64,000 nt of DNA from Chthoniobacteraceae bacterium (GTDB lineage: Bacteria; Verrucomicrobiota; Verrucomicrobiia; Chthoniobacterales; Chthoniobacteraceae). Shown here piece by piece: positions 46,199-55,800 of the stretch (position 1 is the stretch's first letter; each line of letters begins with the position of its first letter). The position numbers were made by a program, and so were the translations under genes. The notes beneath the pieces were generated by a model. That model saw only the letters and a list, made by a program, of their open reading frames with translations. It did not search any database and was not told the origin of the DNA. The DNA lies in contig DATAXI010000071.1 in assembly GCA_036266845.1 (NCBI GenBank), positions 2,646 through 66,645 on the forward strand, read 5' to 3'.

Positions 46199-48120
46199 TC
46201 CTTCGCATTGCTCTCCTGATTTCCCTGCTTGGCTCCGCGCTCACCGTGCGCGCGGCCAATGCCCCTGCCGCCTCGCCATCGCCGATGCCCGCGGCAGCGC
46301 CATCGCCCGCCGTCAGCGGCACCGGAAAACTGCCCGGCAACGATCCCGCGCTCTTTGCAAACAGCCTCCCGCTGCACACCGGTCCCGCAGTCTCCGGCGC
46401 CTCGCCGGATTCACCCTCCACCAGCTTTGCGGTCGATCTGCTGCGGCGCCTGGTCAAGAAGGGCATCCTCAATCAGGACGATGCCGATCAATTGACCAAA
46501 GAGGCGCAGGCCGATGTCCAATCCGCCCACGCCCAGGAGCAGGCGGATGCCAGCCAGGCCTCCCAGGCTGTCGTCGCCCAGGTAACCCAGAAAGTCCAGG
46601 AGATGACCCCGCCGCCCCCCAGCGACGACGAGGTGCGCGTGCCGTACATCCCCGACAATGTGAAGGAGGAGATGGCCAGCGAGGTTAAAAATGAGGTCAT
46701 GCAACAGGCCCGCACGGAAAATTGGGCCAGCCCGCGCGCCATTCCGGATTGGGTCAATCACTTCCGCTTCAGCGCCGACGTGCGGACCCGTTACGAGGGC
46801 GATTTCTTCCCGAACACCAACGACGCCACCGGCGCTTTCCCGAACTTTAACGCCATCAACACCGGCGCTCCGTTCGATGTGGCAGGCACGGAGTTCTCTC
46901 CGCAGTATGACGTGAATCAGGACCGCGAGCGGTTCCGCTTCCGCGCCCGGCTGGGGGCGGATGTCGATCTGGACCAGGGCTTCAGCATGGGCATTCGGCT
47001 CGCCAGCGGCCAGGATGACTCGCCGGTTACGGAAAACCAGACGCTCGGCGTTGCCAATGACGGCCAGGGCGGCAATTTCAGCAAATATTCCGTCTGGCTC
47101 GACCGCGCATTCCTGAAGTGGGAGTACGAGGTGGATAATGACCGCGACAAGGATTTCTCCGTTGTCGTGGGCCGGCAGGATAATCCTTTCTTCGGCACCA
47201 CGCTCGTCTGGGCGCGCGACCTCGGGTTTGACGGCCTGACCGTGGAGGGCCGCTATAATGTCGGCAAAGGTTTTACCCCCTTCCTGACCGGCGGCGCGTA
47301 TCCGGTCTTCAATACGGACTTCAACTTTGCCTCCAATCAGCCCTCCAAGTATGAGAGCGAGGACAAGTACCTTTTTGCCGTCCAGGCGGGCGCCAACTGG
47401 ACCATCAATAAGGACTTGAACGCGAAGGTCGCCGGCGCGCTTTATTACTTCGAGAATCTGGAAGGGCATCTTTCCGACCCGTTTGTGCCGCTCTCCGCAT
47501 CGGACCAGGGTAATACGGACGACAGCCGGCCGGCCTTTGCGCAGAACGGCAATACCTATTTCCCCATCCGCGACATTATCCCGACGGCGCAGAATGATTA
47601 CGGGACCATCGACCAATACCAGTATTACGGCCTCGCGTCGCCGTTCCATGAACTCGATTTCACGGGCCAGTTGAACTATGACCGCTTCGCCCCGATCCGT
47701 GTCTCGCTGATCGGCGAGTTTGTCGATAACCTTGCATTCAACGGCTCCAAGATCGGCGCCATTGCGGTCAATAACCGCGGGCCGGACACCGCCTCCGGGG
47801 CGCTCGGCAATTTCGAGGGCGGCAGCAACGGCTGGATCATCACCCTGACCGCCGGCGATGCCGCTCTGGAGAAACTGTGGGACTGGAGTGTCAATGTCGG
47901 CTACCGGTACCTTCAGACGGATTGCACCGTGGACGGCTTCAACGATTCCGACTTCGGCGCCCCCCTCTATGGCACCAACCTCAAGGGCTACACCATCGGC
48001 GGAAATCTTGCGCTGGGGGAGCGCGTCTGGCTGGGGCTGACCTTGATGAGCGCCGATAGCATCGTGGGGCCGCCCTTCAAGAGCGACGTCGTCCAGTTTG
48101 ACATCAACGGAAAATTCTAA
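46195..48120 (+). CDS. putative outer-membrane beta-barrel (putative-porin family-like) with ~190-aa N-terminal periplasmic extension
   Basis: Signal peptide ...LTVRAANA, alternating-polarity strands, Gly/aromatic-rich, C-terminal ...VQFDINGKF. ATGA overlap with the tonB-like gene. Confidence 0.65.
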   Translation: MILRIALLISLLGSALTVRAANAPAASPSPMPAAAPSPAVSGTGKLPGNDPALFANSLPLHTGPAVSGASPDSPSTSFAVDLLRRLVKKGILNQDDADQLTKEAQADVQSAHAQEQADASQASQAVVAQVTQKVQEMTPPPPSDDEVRVPYIPDNVKEEMASEVKNEVMQQARTENWASPRAIPDWVNHFRFSADVRTRYEGDFFPNTNDATGAFPNFNAINTGAPFDVAGTEFSPQYDVNQDRERFRFRARLGADVDLDQGFSMGIRLASGQDDSPVTENQTLGVANDGQGGNFSKYSVWLDRAFLKWEYEVDNDRDKDFSVVVGRQDNPFFGTTLVWARDLGFDGLTVEGRYNVGKGFTPFLTGGAYPVFNTDFNFASNQPSKYESEDKYLFAVQAGANWTINKDLNAKVAGALYYFENLEGHLSDPFVPLSASDQGNTDDSRPAFAQNGNTYFPIRDIIPTAQNDYGTIDQYQYYGLASPFHELDFTGQLNYDRFAPIRVSLIGEFVDNLAFNGSKIGAIAVNNRGPDTASGALGNFEGGSNGWIITLTAGDAALEKLWDWSVNVGYRYLQTDCTVDGFNDSDFGAPLYGTNLKGYTIGGNLALGERVWLGLTLMSADSIVGPPFKSDVVQFDINGKF

Positions 48121-48125
48121 ACGCC

Positions 48126-48779
48126 ATGAAACGACATCCTTATCTCCTCATCGCAGGCTTCGCGCTGGTCACGATTCTCTCCGCGCGCGGCGACGATGCC
48201 AACAGCCCGGAAAACCGTTTGCGCGAGATGCTCAAGAATACCATCGTGCAATTGCGCACCGCCGAGCAGCAAAACGATACGCTCCAGTCCCAGGTGACCG
48301 ATTTGCAGAGCCAGATCAGCGATCTCACCAAAAAACTGGCCGACCTGACCAAGAAGGACGCCGATACCCAGGTCACGGATTCCAAGACGATCGGGGAATT
48401 GAGGTCCCGCGTCTCCGATCAGGAGACGAGCATCGCCACGCTTCAGCAAGACCTCGGGCAGTGGAAGGATGCGGAGAAAAAAGCGGTCGCCATGGCCAAT
48501 GACACCGAGGGCAAGCGCGCGAAGCTGGCGGACCTCTCGATCCATCTCCAGCGAACCGTCGATGACCAGAAGCGGAAAAATACCCAGATGTACCAGTTGG
48601 GGATGGAAGTGCTGAACCGGTACGAGAAATTTGGCCTGGGCGATGCGCTCACCGCCAAGGAGCCGTTCATCGGCGTCACCCGCACCAAGTTCGAGACGCT
48701 GGTGCAGGATTACGAAGACAAATTGACAGACCAGTTGATTACCGACCAAAAGACCGCTGATACTAAACCGAAACCGTAA
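48126..48779 (+). CDS. secreted coiled-coil protein (hypothetical)
   Basis: Signal peptide MKRHPYLLIAGFALVTILSARG, then heptad-like Q/L/D/T-rich sequence. 5-nt gap after the barrel gene. Confidence 0.7.
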   Translation: MKRHPYLLIAGFALVTILSARGDDANSPENRLREMLKNTIVQLRTAEQQNDTLQSQVTDLQSQISDLTKKLADLTKKDADTQVTDSKTIGELRSRVSDQETSIATLQQDLGQWKDAEKKAVAMANDTEGKRAKLADLSIHLQRTVDDQKRKNTQMYQLGMEVLNRYEKFGLGDALTAKEPFIGVTRTKFETLVQDYEDKLTDQLITDQKTADTKPKP

Positions 48780-48783
48780 ACCG

Positions 48784-49683
48784 ATGCCCCGTTCTCTTTT
48801 TCTCTCCGCCCTTCTCTCCCTCTCCCTGTGCGCCGTCCCGTTGATGCATGCGGCCGACGATTCGCAGGTGATCGCCCGTGTGGGCGATTCCCAGGTGACC
48901 GCCGATGATATCCGCAGCGCCATCCAGAACCTGGATGCCAATACCCAGGCAGCCGCGGCAAAAGACCCTGCCGCGCTCAGCCAGGTGGTGCGCGCCATCC
49001 TCACCCAGCGCCTCATTCTCAAGGAGGCGCTTGCCAGGAAGTGGGATCAGGATCCCGCGGTGACCGCCGCGCTGGCCCGTGTCCGCGATGGCGTGATCGC
49101 GCAGAGTTTTCTCGATTCCGTCTCCAAGCCTCCCGCCAGCTACCCCTCCGATGCCGAAGTGCAGGCCGCCTACGATGCGAACAAATCGCAACTCGTGGTC
49201 CCGCGGCAGTATCAGCTCGCCCAGATTTTCATCAAGTGCCCGAAGAATGCCGACGCCGCCACCGCCGCAAAGGCGCAGGTAAAGCTGGATGGCATCCGCA
49301 AGGCGCTGGCCAGGCACAACGCCGATTTTTCCTCGGTCGCCCGCGCGGAAAGCGATGAGCCGGAGAGCGCCGCAAAGGGCGGGGAACTGGGCTGGCTGGC
49401 CGAGAACCGCATCCAGCCGGAGATCCGCGCGCAGCTCGGCAACCTGACCAAGGGAACCGTGACGCAGCCGATCCGCCTGGACGATGGCTGGCACATCCTG
49501 AAGGTGCTCGATATCAAGGAGCCCTACACGCCGGAGTTGTCCGAGATCAAGACCCAGCTTATCGCCAGAATGCGCACTGAAAAGGAGCGCCAGAACAGCC
49601 AGCAGTACATCGCCAAGCTGGTCGAGCAAAACCCGATCCAGCTCAATGAGCTTGGCCTCTCCAAGGTATTGAAGCCCGAGTAA
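48784..49683 (+). CDS. SurA/PpiD-like parvulin-type peptidyl-prolyl cis-trans isomerase
   Basis: Signal peptide, an N-terminal chaperone-like region, and a parvulin core (FSSVARAESDEPESAAKGGELGWL...DGWHILKV). Confidence 0.85.
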   Translation: MPRSLFLSALLSLSLCAVPLMHAADDSQVIARVGDSQVTADDIRSAIQNLDANTQAAAAKDPAALSQVVRAILTQRLILKEALARKWDQDPAVTAALARVRDGVIAQSFLDSVSKPPASYPSDAEVQAAYDANKSQLVVPRQYQLAQIFIKCPKNADAATAAKAQVKLDGIRKALARHNADFSSVARAESDEPESAAKGGELGWLAENRIQPEIRAQLGNLTKGTVTQPIRLDDGWHILKVLDIKEPYTPELSEIKTQLIARMRTEKERQNSQQYIAKLVEQNPIQLNELGLSKVLKPE

Positions 49684-49687
49684 CGGC

Positions 49688-49711
49688 GGGGCGGGGAAAA
49701 TATCCCGCCCC
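49688..49711. terminator. GC hairpin between convergent genes (possible bidirectional terminator)
   Basis: GGGGCGGG-GAAAATAT-CCCGCCCC. No clear U-tract on either strand. Confidence 0.35.
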
Positions 49712-49923
49712 TACTTCCGCAGCAGCCACATCACCAGCGTCAGGATGATGCTGATGAGGATGCACGTCGTAATCGGGAAATAAAACGACATCCCGGGACG
49801 CTGCACGGAAATATCCCCGGGCAATTTGCCGAGCCCGCCCAGCCCGCCGGTCTTCCACAGGATGAGCCCGGCCACGGCCACGACGATGCCCACCACAAAA
49901 AGCAGTTTGCCCAGGGCGTTCAT
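49711..49923 (-). CDS. DUF2905 family small membrane protein
   Basis: LPGDISVQRPGMSFYFPITTCILISIILTLV is the family signature. Confidence 0.8.
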   Translation of the reverse strand: MNALGKLLFVVGIVVAVAGLILWKTGGLGGLGKLPGDISVQRPGMSFYFPITTCILISIILTLVMWLLRK

Positions 49924-49926
49924 CGG

Positions 49927-50886
49927 CTATGACGCTCCGATCAGGATTCCGGCGATGAACACCAGCACGCCTCCCACCACCACCTGGAAGGCCGCGGAGA
50001 GCAGCGGCGTATCCATGTACCGGTGCCGCACCCAGGCGATCACCAGCAGTTCCACGACCACCACCATCACCGCCAGCACAAACGCGAAATGAAAACTGCG
50101 GGCGATGAATGGCAGGCTGTGGCCCAGGCCGCCGATGGCGGTCATCAGCCCGCAAATGCCGCCGCGCGCCCAGGGATGGCCGCGGCCGCTCAGCGCGCCA
50201 TCATCGGATAGCGCCTCCGCAAAGCCCATGCTGATGCCCGCGCCCACGGAGGCAGCCAGGCCCACCAGGAGCGTCTGTTTGGTATCGTGCGTCGCAAATG
50301 CCGCCGCAAAGAGGGGCGCCAGCGTGGAAACCGAGCCATCCATCAATCCCGCCAGTCCCGGCTGGACGATTTGCAGGACAAAGAGCCGCCGTTTTGCCTC
50401 TTCCTCCTCCTTCCGCTCGTTTGGGGAAATGCCCTTGTCCTCCAGCGATTCCGCAAGGTGCGTGTGCTCGCGCTCGATTTCCGCCAGGTCGCCCAGCAAC
50501 TTCCGCGTGCCGACATCGGTGGTGCGTTGCATCGCGGCTTCGTAAAAGCGCGTCGTTTCCATCTCCATCACCGCGGCCGCGTTGCGCACTTTGTGAAGGC
50601 TCAGCGTCGCTCCCAGCCAGAATGGCTTGTGCTGGGTAAAGCCCTTCACGTCCGATCTGCGGATCAGCGGCAGGTGATCGCCAAAGCGGCTCTTGTATTG
50701 GTCCAGCAGCCTCCGGCGATGCTCGGATTCCTCATCGCGCATCTGCTCGAAGATGCGGGCCGTGGCCGGAAAATTCTTTTTGAGCCCCTCCGCGAACTCG
50801 CCGTAAATCCGTCCATCCTCTTCCTCCAGGCTCACCGCAAGCGCGAGGATTTCCCGTTCTCCCAGGTCTTTGAATGAGAGCGGCAT
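49927..50886 (-). CDS. ferritin-like (erythrin) domain fused to VIT1/CCC1 iron transporter (MbfA-like iron exporter)
   Basis: N-terminal EEEDGRIY...MRDEESEHRRRL di-iron motifs plus a C-terminal 5-TM VIT1 domain. Confidence 0.8.
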   Translation of the reverse strand: MPLSFKDLGEREILALAVSLEEEDGRIYGEFAEGLKKNFPATARIFEQMRDEESEHRRRLLDQYKSRFGDHLPLIRRSDVKGFTQHKPFWLGATLSLHKVRNAAAVMEMETTRFYEAAMQRTTDVGTRKLLGDLAEIEREHTHLAESLEDKGISPNERKEEEEAKRRLFVLQIVQPGLAGLMDGSVSTLAPLFAAAFATHDTKQTLLVGLAASVGAGISMGFAEALSDDGALSGRGHPWARGGICGLMTAIGGLGHSLPFIARSFHFAFVLAVMVVVVELLVIAWVRHRYMDTPLLSAAFQVVVGGVLVFIAGILIGAS

Positions 50887-50895
50887 ACGGGGTAT

Positions 50896-51870
50896 TTAGC
50901 CCGCGGCCGCCGCGCATTCCTGAAATGGGGCCTGCGGCTGCAAGTCCAGTTCTTCCATCAGCGCGCGGTCCTGGTCCGCACCGGGGTTTTTTGCCGTCAG
51001 CAGCTTGTCGCCGTAGAAGATCGAGTTTGCCCCCGCAAAGAAGCAGAGCGCCTGGGCCTCGCGCGTGAGCCGGGTGCGGCCCGCGGAGAGCCGCACCTTG
51101 GCGCGCGGCAGGGCGATGCGCGTGGTGGCGATGAGGCGCACGAGCTGGAAGATATCCACCGCCGGCTGATCCTCCAGCGGCGTGCCGGGCATCGCCATCA
51201 GGCAATTAATCGGCACGCTTTCCGGCGCCGGGTCAAAATGGGTAAGCACCTCGAGCATCTTCAGCCGGTCGGTCTCCGTCTCGCCCAGCCCGATGATGCC
51301 GCCGCAGCAGACGGACATGCCGCTCTCCTGCACTGCGGAGATGGTATCCAGCCGGTCCTGAAACGTATGGGTGGTGACGATCTCCGGGTAAAACTCGGGC
51401 GAGGTATCGATGTTGTGATTGTATGCCGTCACGCCCGCCTCCTTGAGCAGCCGCGCCTCATTGAGCGAGAGCTGCCCGAGCGTGACGCAAACTTCCATCC
51501 CCAGCCGGCTGACCTGCCGCACCGTCTCCAGCACCTGCTCGAAGCGCGCATCCCCCGCGCGCACCCCTTTCCATGCCGCTCCCATGCAGAAGCGCGTGGA
51601 GCCGTTCTCCCGCGCGCGCCGCGCCACGGCCAGCACCTCCTCCGCCGGCATCAGCCGTTCCGCCTTCACGCCGGTATCGTAACGGGCGCTCTGCGCGCAG
51701 TAGCCGCAATCTTCCGAGCAGCCGCCCGTCTTGATGGAGAGCAGCGTGCAAAGCTGCACCTCATTCCCGGCCCAATGCTCCAGGTATGCCGCCCGGGACC
51801 GGCTGATGAGGTCAAAGAAGGGAGTATCGTAAATGCGCTGGAGTTCGGACAGTTTCATGGGACAGCGCAT
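50896..51870 (-). CDS. bioB: biotin synthase
   Basis: Radical-SAM CSEDCGYCAQS, plus the YNHNIDTS and GGIIGLGET motifs. Alternative start at 51858. Confidence 0.95.
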   Translation of the reverse strand: MRCPMKLSELQRIYDTPFFDLISRSRAAYLEHWAGNEVQLCTLLSIKTGGCSEDCGYCAQSARYDTGVKAERLMPAEEVLAVARRARENGSTRFCMGAAWKGVRAGDARFEQVLETVRQVSRLGMEVCVTLGQLSLNEARLLKEAGVTAYNHNIDTSPEFYPEIVTTHTFQDRLDTISAVQESGMSVCCGGIIGLGETETDRLKMLEVLTHFDPAPESVPINCLMAMPGTPLEDQPAVDIFQLVRLIATTRIALPRAKVRLSAGRTRLTREAQALCFFAGANSIFYGDKLLTAKNPGADQDRALMEELDLQPQAPFQECAAAAG

Positions 51871-51914
51871 CCCAAGTTAGAGAGGATTTTTGAAATTCGG
51901 AACCCCGAATTTTT

Positions 51915-52688
51915 TTAATACACCCACCGGCCGCCGGGAGAGGAGAGCATCACCTGGTAATCGTTCGAGTAATCGGTGCGGCCAATCGCCCCGTACATGC
52001 GGGTGCCCGTGGCGGTGCGCCAGTAGGCGCTCATCTCCTCGCCGGTGTGGCAGCCCCAGCTCTTGACGAACGCGCCATGGGCAAAATCGCCGCGGCGAAT
52101 CTGGCCCAGCTCGCTGTCATGCAGCCAGCACTTCGATGCGCTGTCGATCTCGTTGCTGTAATCGAACAGCCAGCACGCCTTGTTCGAATGGCCAAAGTAC
52201 TCCAGGTCGGCGATCTTCACCTTGCCGCGGTCCTGGCCAAAGTTGAGGTAATCGACCAGGTCGGAGGTTTTATCGAACCATACCAGGTTGAGCCGCTCCG
52301 CATCCCGCACCGATTGGATCAAGGCCAGAATATCGCGCCCCTCCTGCTGCCCGCGCCGTATGTACGCCGGGCGATAGACCAGCCAGGTGATGCGGACGCC
52401 CCAGCCGTACTGCTGGCGGATCTGGTCAAACCGATTGCGCGAGGCATGGACAAAATTGGCCCACCAATGGTCGTGCGGCTGCGCCTTGAACTTCTCCCAC
52501 TCATACAGCGAGACGCCGCCGGTGATGATGACAAATTCCTTGTCCGGCATCGGGTTTGCCACCGGCCCGGGAGGCGGCGTCGCCGCCGCGGCCAGGTCAT
52601 GGGCATCAGTCTGCGCCGTCACCTGTCCGCGGACGGAGCCGAGGGCGAGTATGGCGAAAATGGCAAGGAATAGGCCGCAATGCTTCAT
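51915..52688 (-). CDS. hypothetical secreted protein
   Basis: Signal peptide MKHCGLFLAIFAILALGSVRG and a Trp/His/Cys-containing globular region. No motif recognised. Confidence 0.6.
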   Translation of the reverse strand: MKHCGLFLAIFAILALGSVRGQVTAQTDAHDLAAAATPPPGPVANPMPDKEFVIITGGVSLYEWEKFKAQPHDHWWANFVHASRNRFDQIRQQYGWGVRITWLVYRPAYIRRGQQEGRDILALIQSVRDAERLNLVWFDKTSDLVDYLNFGQDRGKVKIADLEYFGHSNKACWLFDYSNEIDSASKCWLHDSELGQIRRGDFAHGAFVKSWGCHTGEEMSAYWRTATGTRMYGAIGRTDYSNDYQVMLSSPGGRWVY

Positions 52689-52734
52689 ACGGGCGGATAC
52701 GATGCTCGAATTTTGGCGGGAGACAAATGGATTC

Positions 52735-52884
52735 TCACTTTCGCCTGCGTCCGCCCACCAGCCGCACCAGCAGGACGATGGCCGCCCCCACCAGTAACAG
52801 GTGGATTGCCACCACGGACACGTTTAGCACCAGGACGCAGAACATCCACGCCAGGAGGAGCAGCACAAAAATGGTCAGGAGCAT
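52735..52884 (-). CDS. 49-aa two-TM membrane protein (lmo0937-like), below the ORF-track length cutoff
   Basis: My own translation: MLLTIFVLLLLAWMFCVLVLNVSVVAIHLLLVGAAIVLLVRLVGGRRRK*. Resembles the small lmo0937-type family as I remember it. Confidence 0.45.
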   Translation of the reverse strand: MLLTIFVLLLLAWMFCVLVLNVSVVAIHLLLVGAAIVLLVRLVGGRRRK

Positions 52885-53071
52885 GGGCGGTCGTCAGTCC
52901 GGAAATCGGATTTCGCCCTACATTTATCCGTATGCGGGGGAAGATTTTTTGAAAATGCCCGGGGATTCCCATAACTCCTGGGTTCGTTTCTGAAATACGC
53001 GAACGAAGCCTTTCCGGGCTTTTTAGGAAGTCTGAGCCGGCGGTGGCAGCCCAGGTAAAATGAGAAGGCCC

Positions 53072-54271
<1,200 letters not shown>

Positions 54272-54430
54272 CCGGAAAGGATAAACGCGATCCGCACCGG
54301 CGCGCAAACGGCATTTGCGCCCGCCGTTTTTTTACCCCCGCGCCGGCGGGCGGTGTAAGTACAAGTTCAGGAGCGGGTTGAAAGGAAAAGCTTGGCCTGC
54401 GCCCATCTTCAATGAGAGCGTTGCGGGCCG

Positions 54431-55729
54431 ATGGAGACAAAAATCGAATCCCTCGGCTCAGCCCGAATCCGCTCCCCCCTCCACCACGTCTGCACGTCCA
54501 CCGTCCGCTTCCGCACAGATGCCGACCGCGTGCTGATGGAAGACCAGTTCTCGGATGCCGAAGGCGTTCGCGATCCCGCAAGCGACCGAGTCAGTTTCGA
54601 GGTCGCGGGGCCTCGGGACCAGATTTTCTTTGATCCCGCGCGCACCACCGCGGGCATCGTCACCTGCGGCGGCCTCTGCCCCGGCCTCAACGACATCATC
54701 CGCGGCCTCGTGATGGAGCTGCACTACCGTTACGGCGTCACCCGGACCTACGGGTTCCGGTATGGCTTCGAGGGGTTGATCCCGCGCTACGGGCACAACC
54801 CGTGGCCGCTCAAGCCGGAGGCCATGGATAGCATCCATTCTTTTGGCGGCACCATCCTCGGCACCTCGCGCGGACCGCAGAACATTGGGGAAATCGTCGA
54901 TTTCCTCGAGGAGCTGGATGTGAATCTCCTCTTCGTGGTGGGGGGCGATGGCAGCCTGCGCGGCGCCAACGAGATCAGCCAGGAGCTGCGTCGCCGCGGA
55001 CAGCAAAAGAGCGTCATCGGCATCCCCAAGACCATCGACAACGACATCATGTACCTCGACAAGAGCTTCGGCTTCGAAACCGCGTTTGCCGAGGCCGTAA
55101 AGGCGGTGACCTGCGCGCACGTCGAGGCGCTCGGCTCGCGCAATGGCGTCGGGCTCGTCAAATTGATGGGACGCGATTCCGGATTCATCACCAGTTTTGC
55201 CGCGCTGGCCGGCAATGTTGTGAACTTTGCGCTCATCCCGGAGGTGCGGTTCGAGCTGGGCGGTCCGCGCGGGCTGCTCGAGGCGCTCTATTACCGCATC
55301 TCGCGGCGCAAACACGCCGTCATCGTGGTGGCGGAAGGGGCGGGCCAGCACCTCATGGAAGCCGCGGGCGCCAAGGATGCCTCCGGCAACCGGAAGCTGG
55401 GGGATATCGGCATGTTCCTGAAAGAGAGCATCGGCACGTTCTTCAAGGAGCGCCGGACGGAGTGCAACATCAAGTACATCGATCCCAGCTACATCATCCG
55501 CAGCGTGCCGGCATCGCCGCAGGATAATGTGTATTGCTCCCGCCTCGCGCAGAACGCCGTGCATGCCGCGATGGCCGGCAAGACCGGCATGCTGGTGGGC
55601 CGCTGGCACGGCACCTTCATCCACCTGCCGCTGGATGTGGTGACCAAGGGCCGTCGCAAAGTGGATCCCGCCGGCGAGTTGTGGCACTCCGTGCTGGAGA
55701 CCACAGGCCAGCCGGCCGAGCTGTTCTGA
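54431..55729 (+). CDS. pfk: 6-phosphofructokinase (long, ATP- or PPi-dependent group)
   Basis: GIVTCGGLCPGLNDIIRG, VVGGDGSLRGA, IPKTIDNDI, MGRDSGF. Confidence 0.9.
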   Translation: METKIESLGSARIRSPLHHVCTSTVRFRTDADRVLMEDQFSDAEGVRDPASDRVSFEVAGPRDQIFFDPARTTAGIVTCGGLCPGLNDIIRGLVMELHYRYGVTRTYGFRYGFEGLIPRYGHNPWPLKPEAMDSIHSFGGTILGTSRGPQNIGEIVDFLEELDVNLLFVVGGDGSLRGANEISQELRRRGQQKSVIGIPKTIDNDIMYLDKSFGFETAFAEAVKAVTCAHVEALGSRNGVGLVKLMGRDSGFITSFAALAGNVVNFALIPEVRFELGGPRGLLEALYYRISRRKHAVIVVAEGAGQHLMEAAGAKDASGNRKLGDIGMFLKESIGTFFKERRTECNIKYIDPSYIIRSVPASPQDNVYCSRLAQNAVHAAMAGKTGMLVGRWHGTFIHLPLDVVTKGRRKVDPAGELWHSVLETTGQPAELF

Positions 55730-55744
55730 CCCCGGGGTAATCGC

Positions 55745-55774
55745 AAAAAAATCCCGCACCGTTGCCGGTGCGGG
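55745..55774 (-). terminator. rho-independent terminator of the 55801..57051 gene (hairpin also usable by pfk)
   Basis: CCCGCACCG-TTGC-CGGTGCGGG perfect 9-bp stem. On the minus strand it is followed by ATTTTTTTGCG. Confidence 0.75.
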
Positions 55775-55800
55775 ACCCCTGTTGGTTTGCAGGTTAAAAT

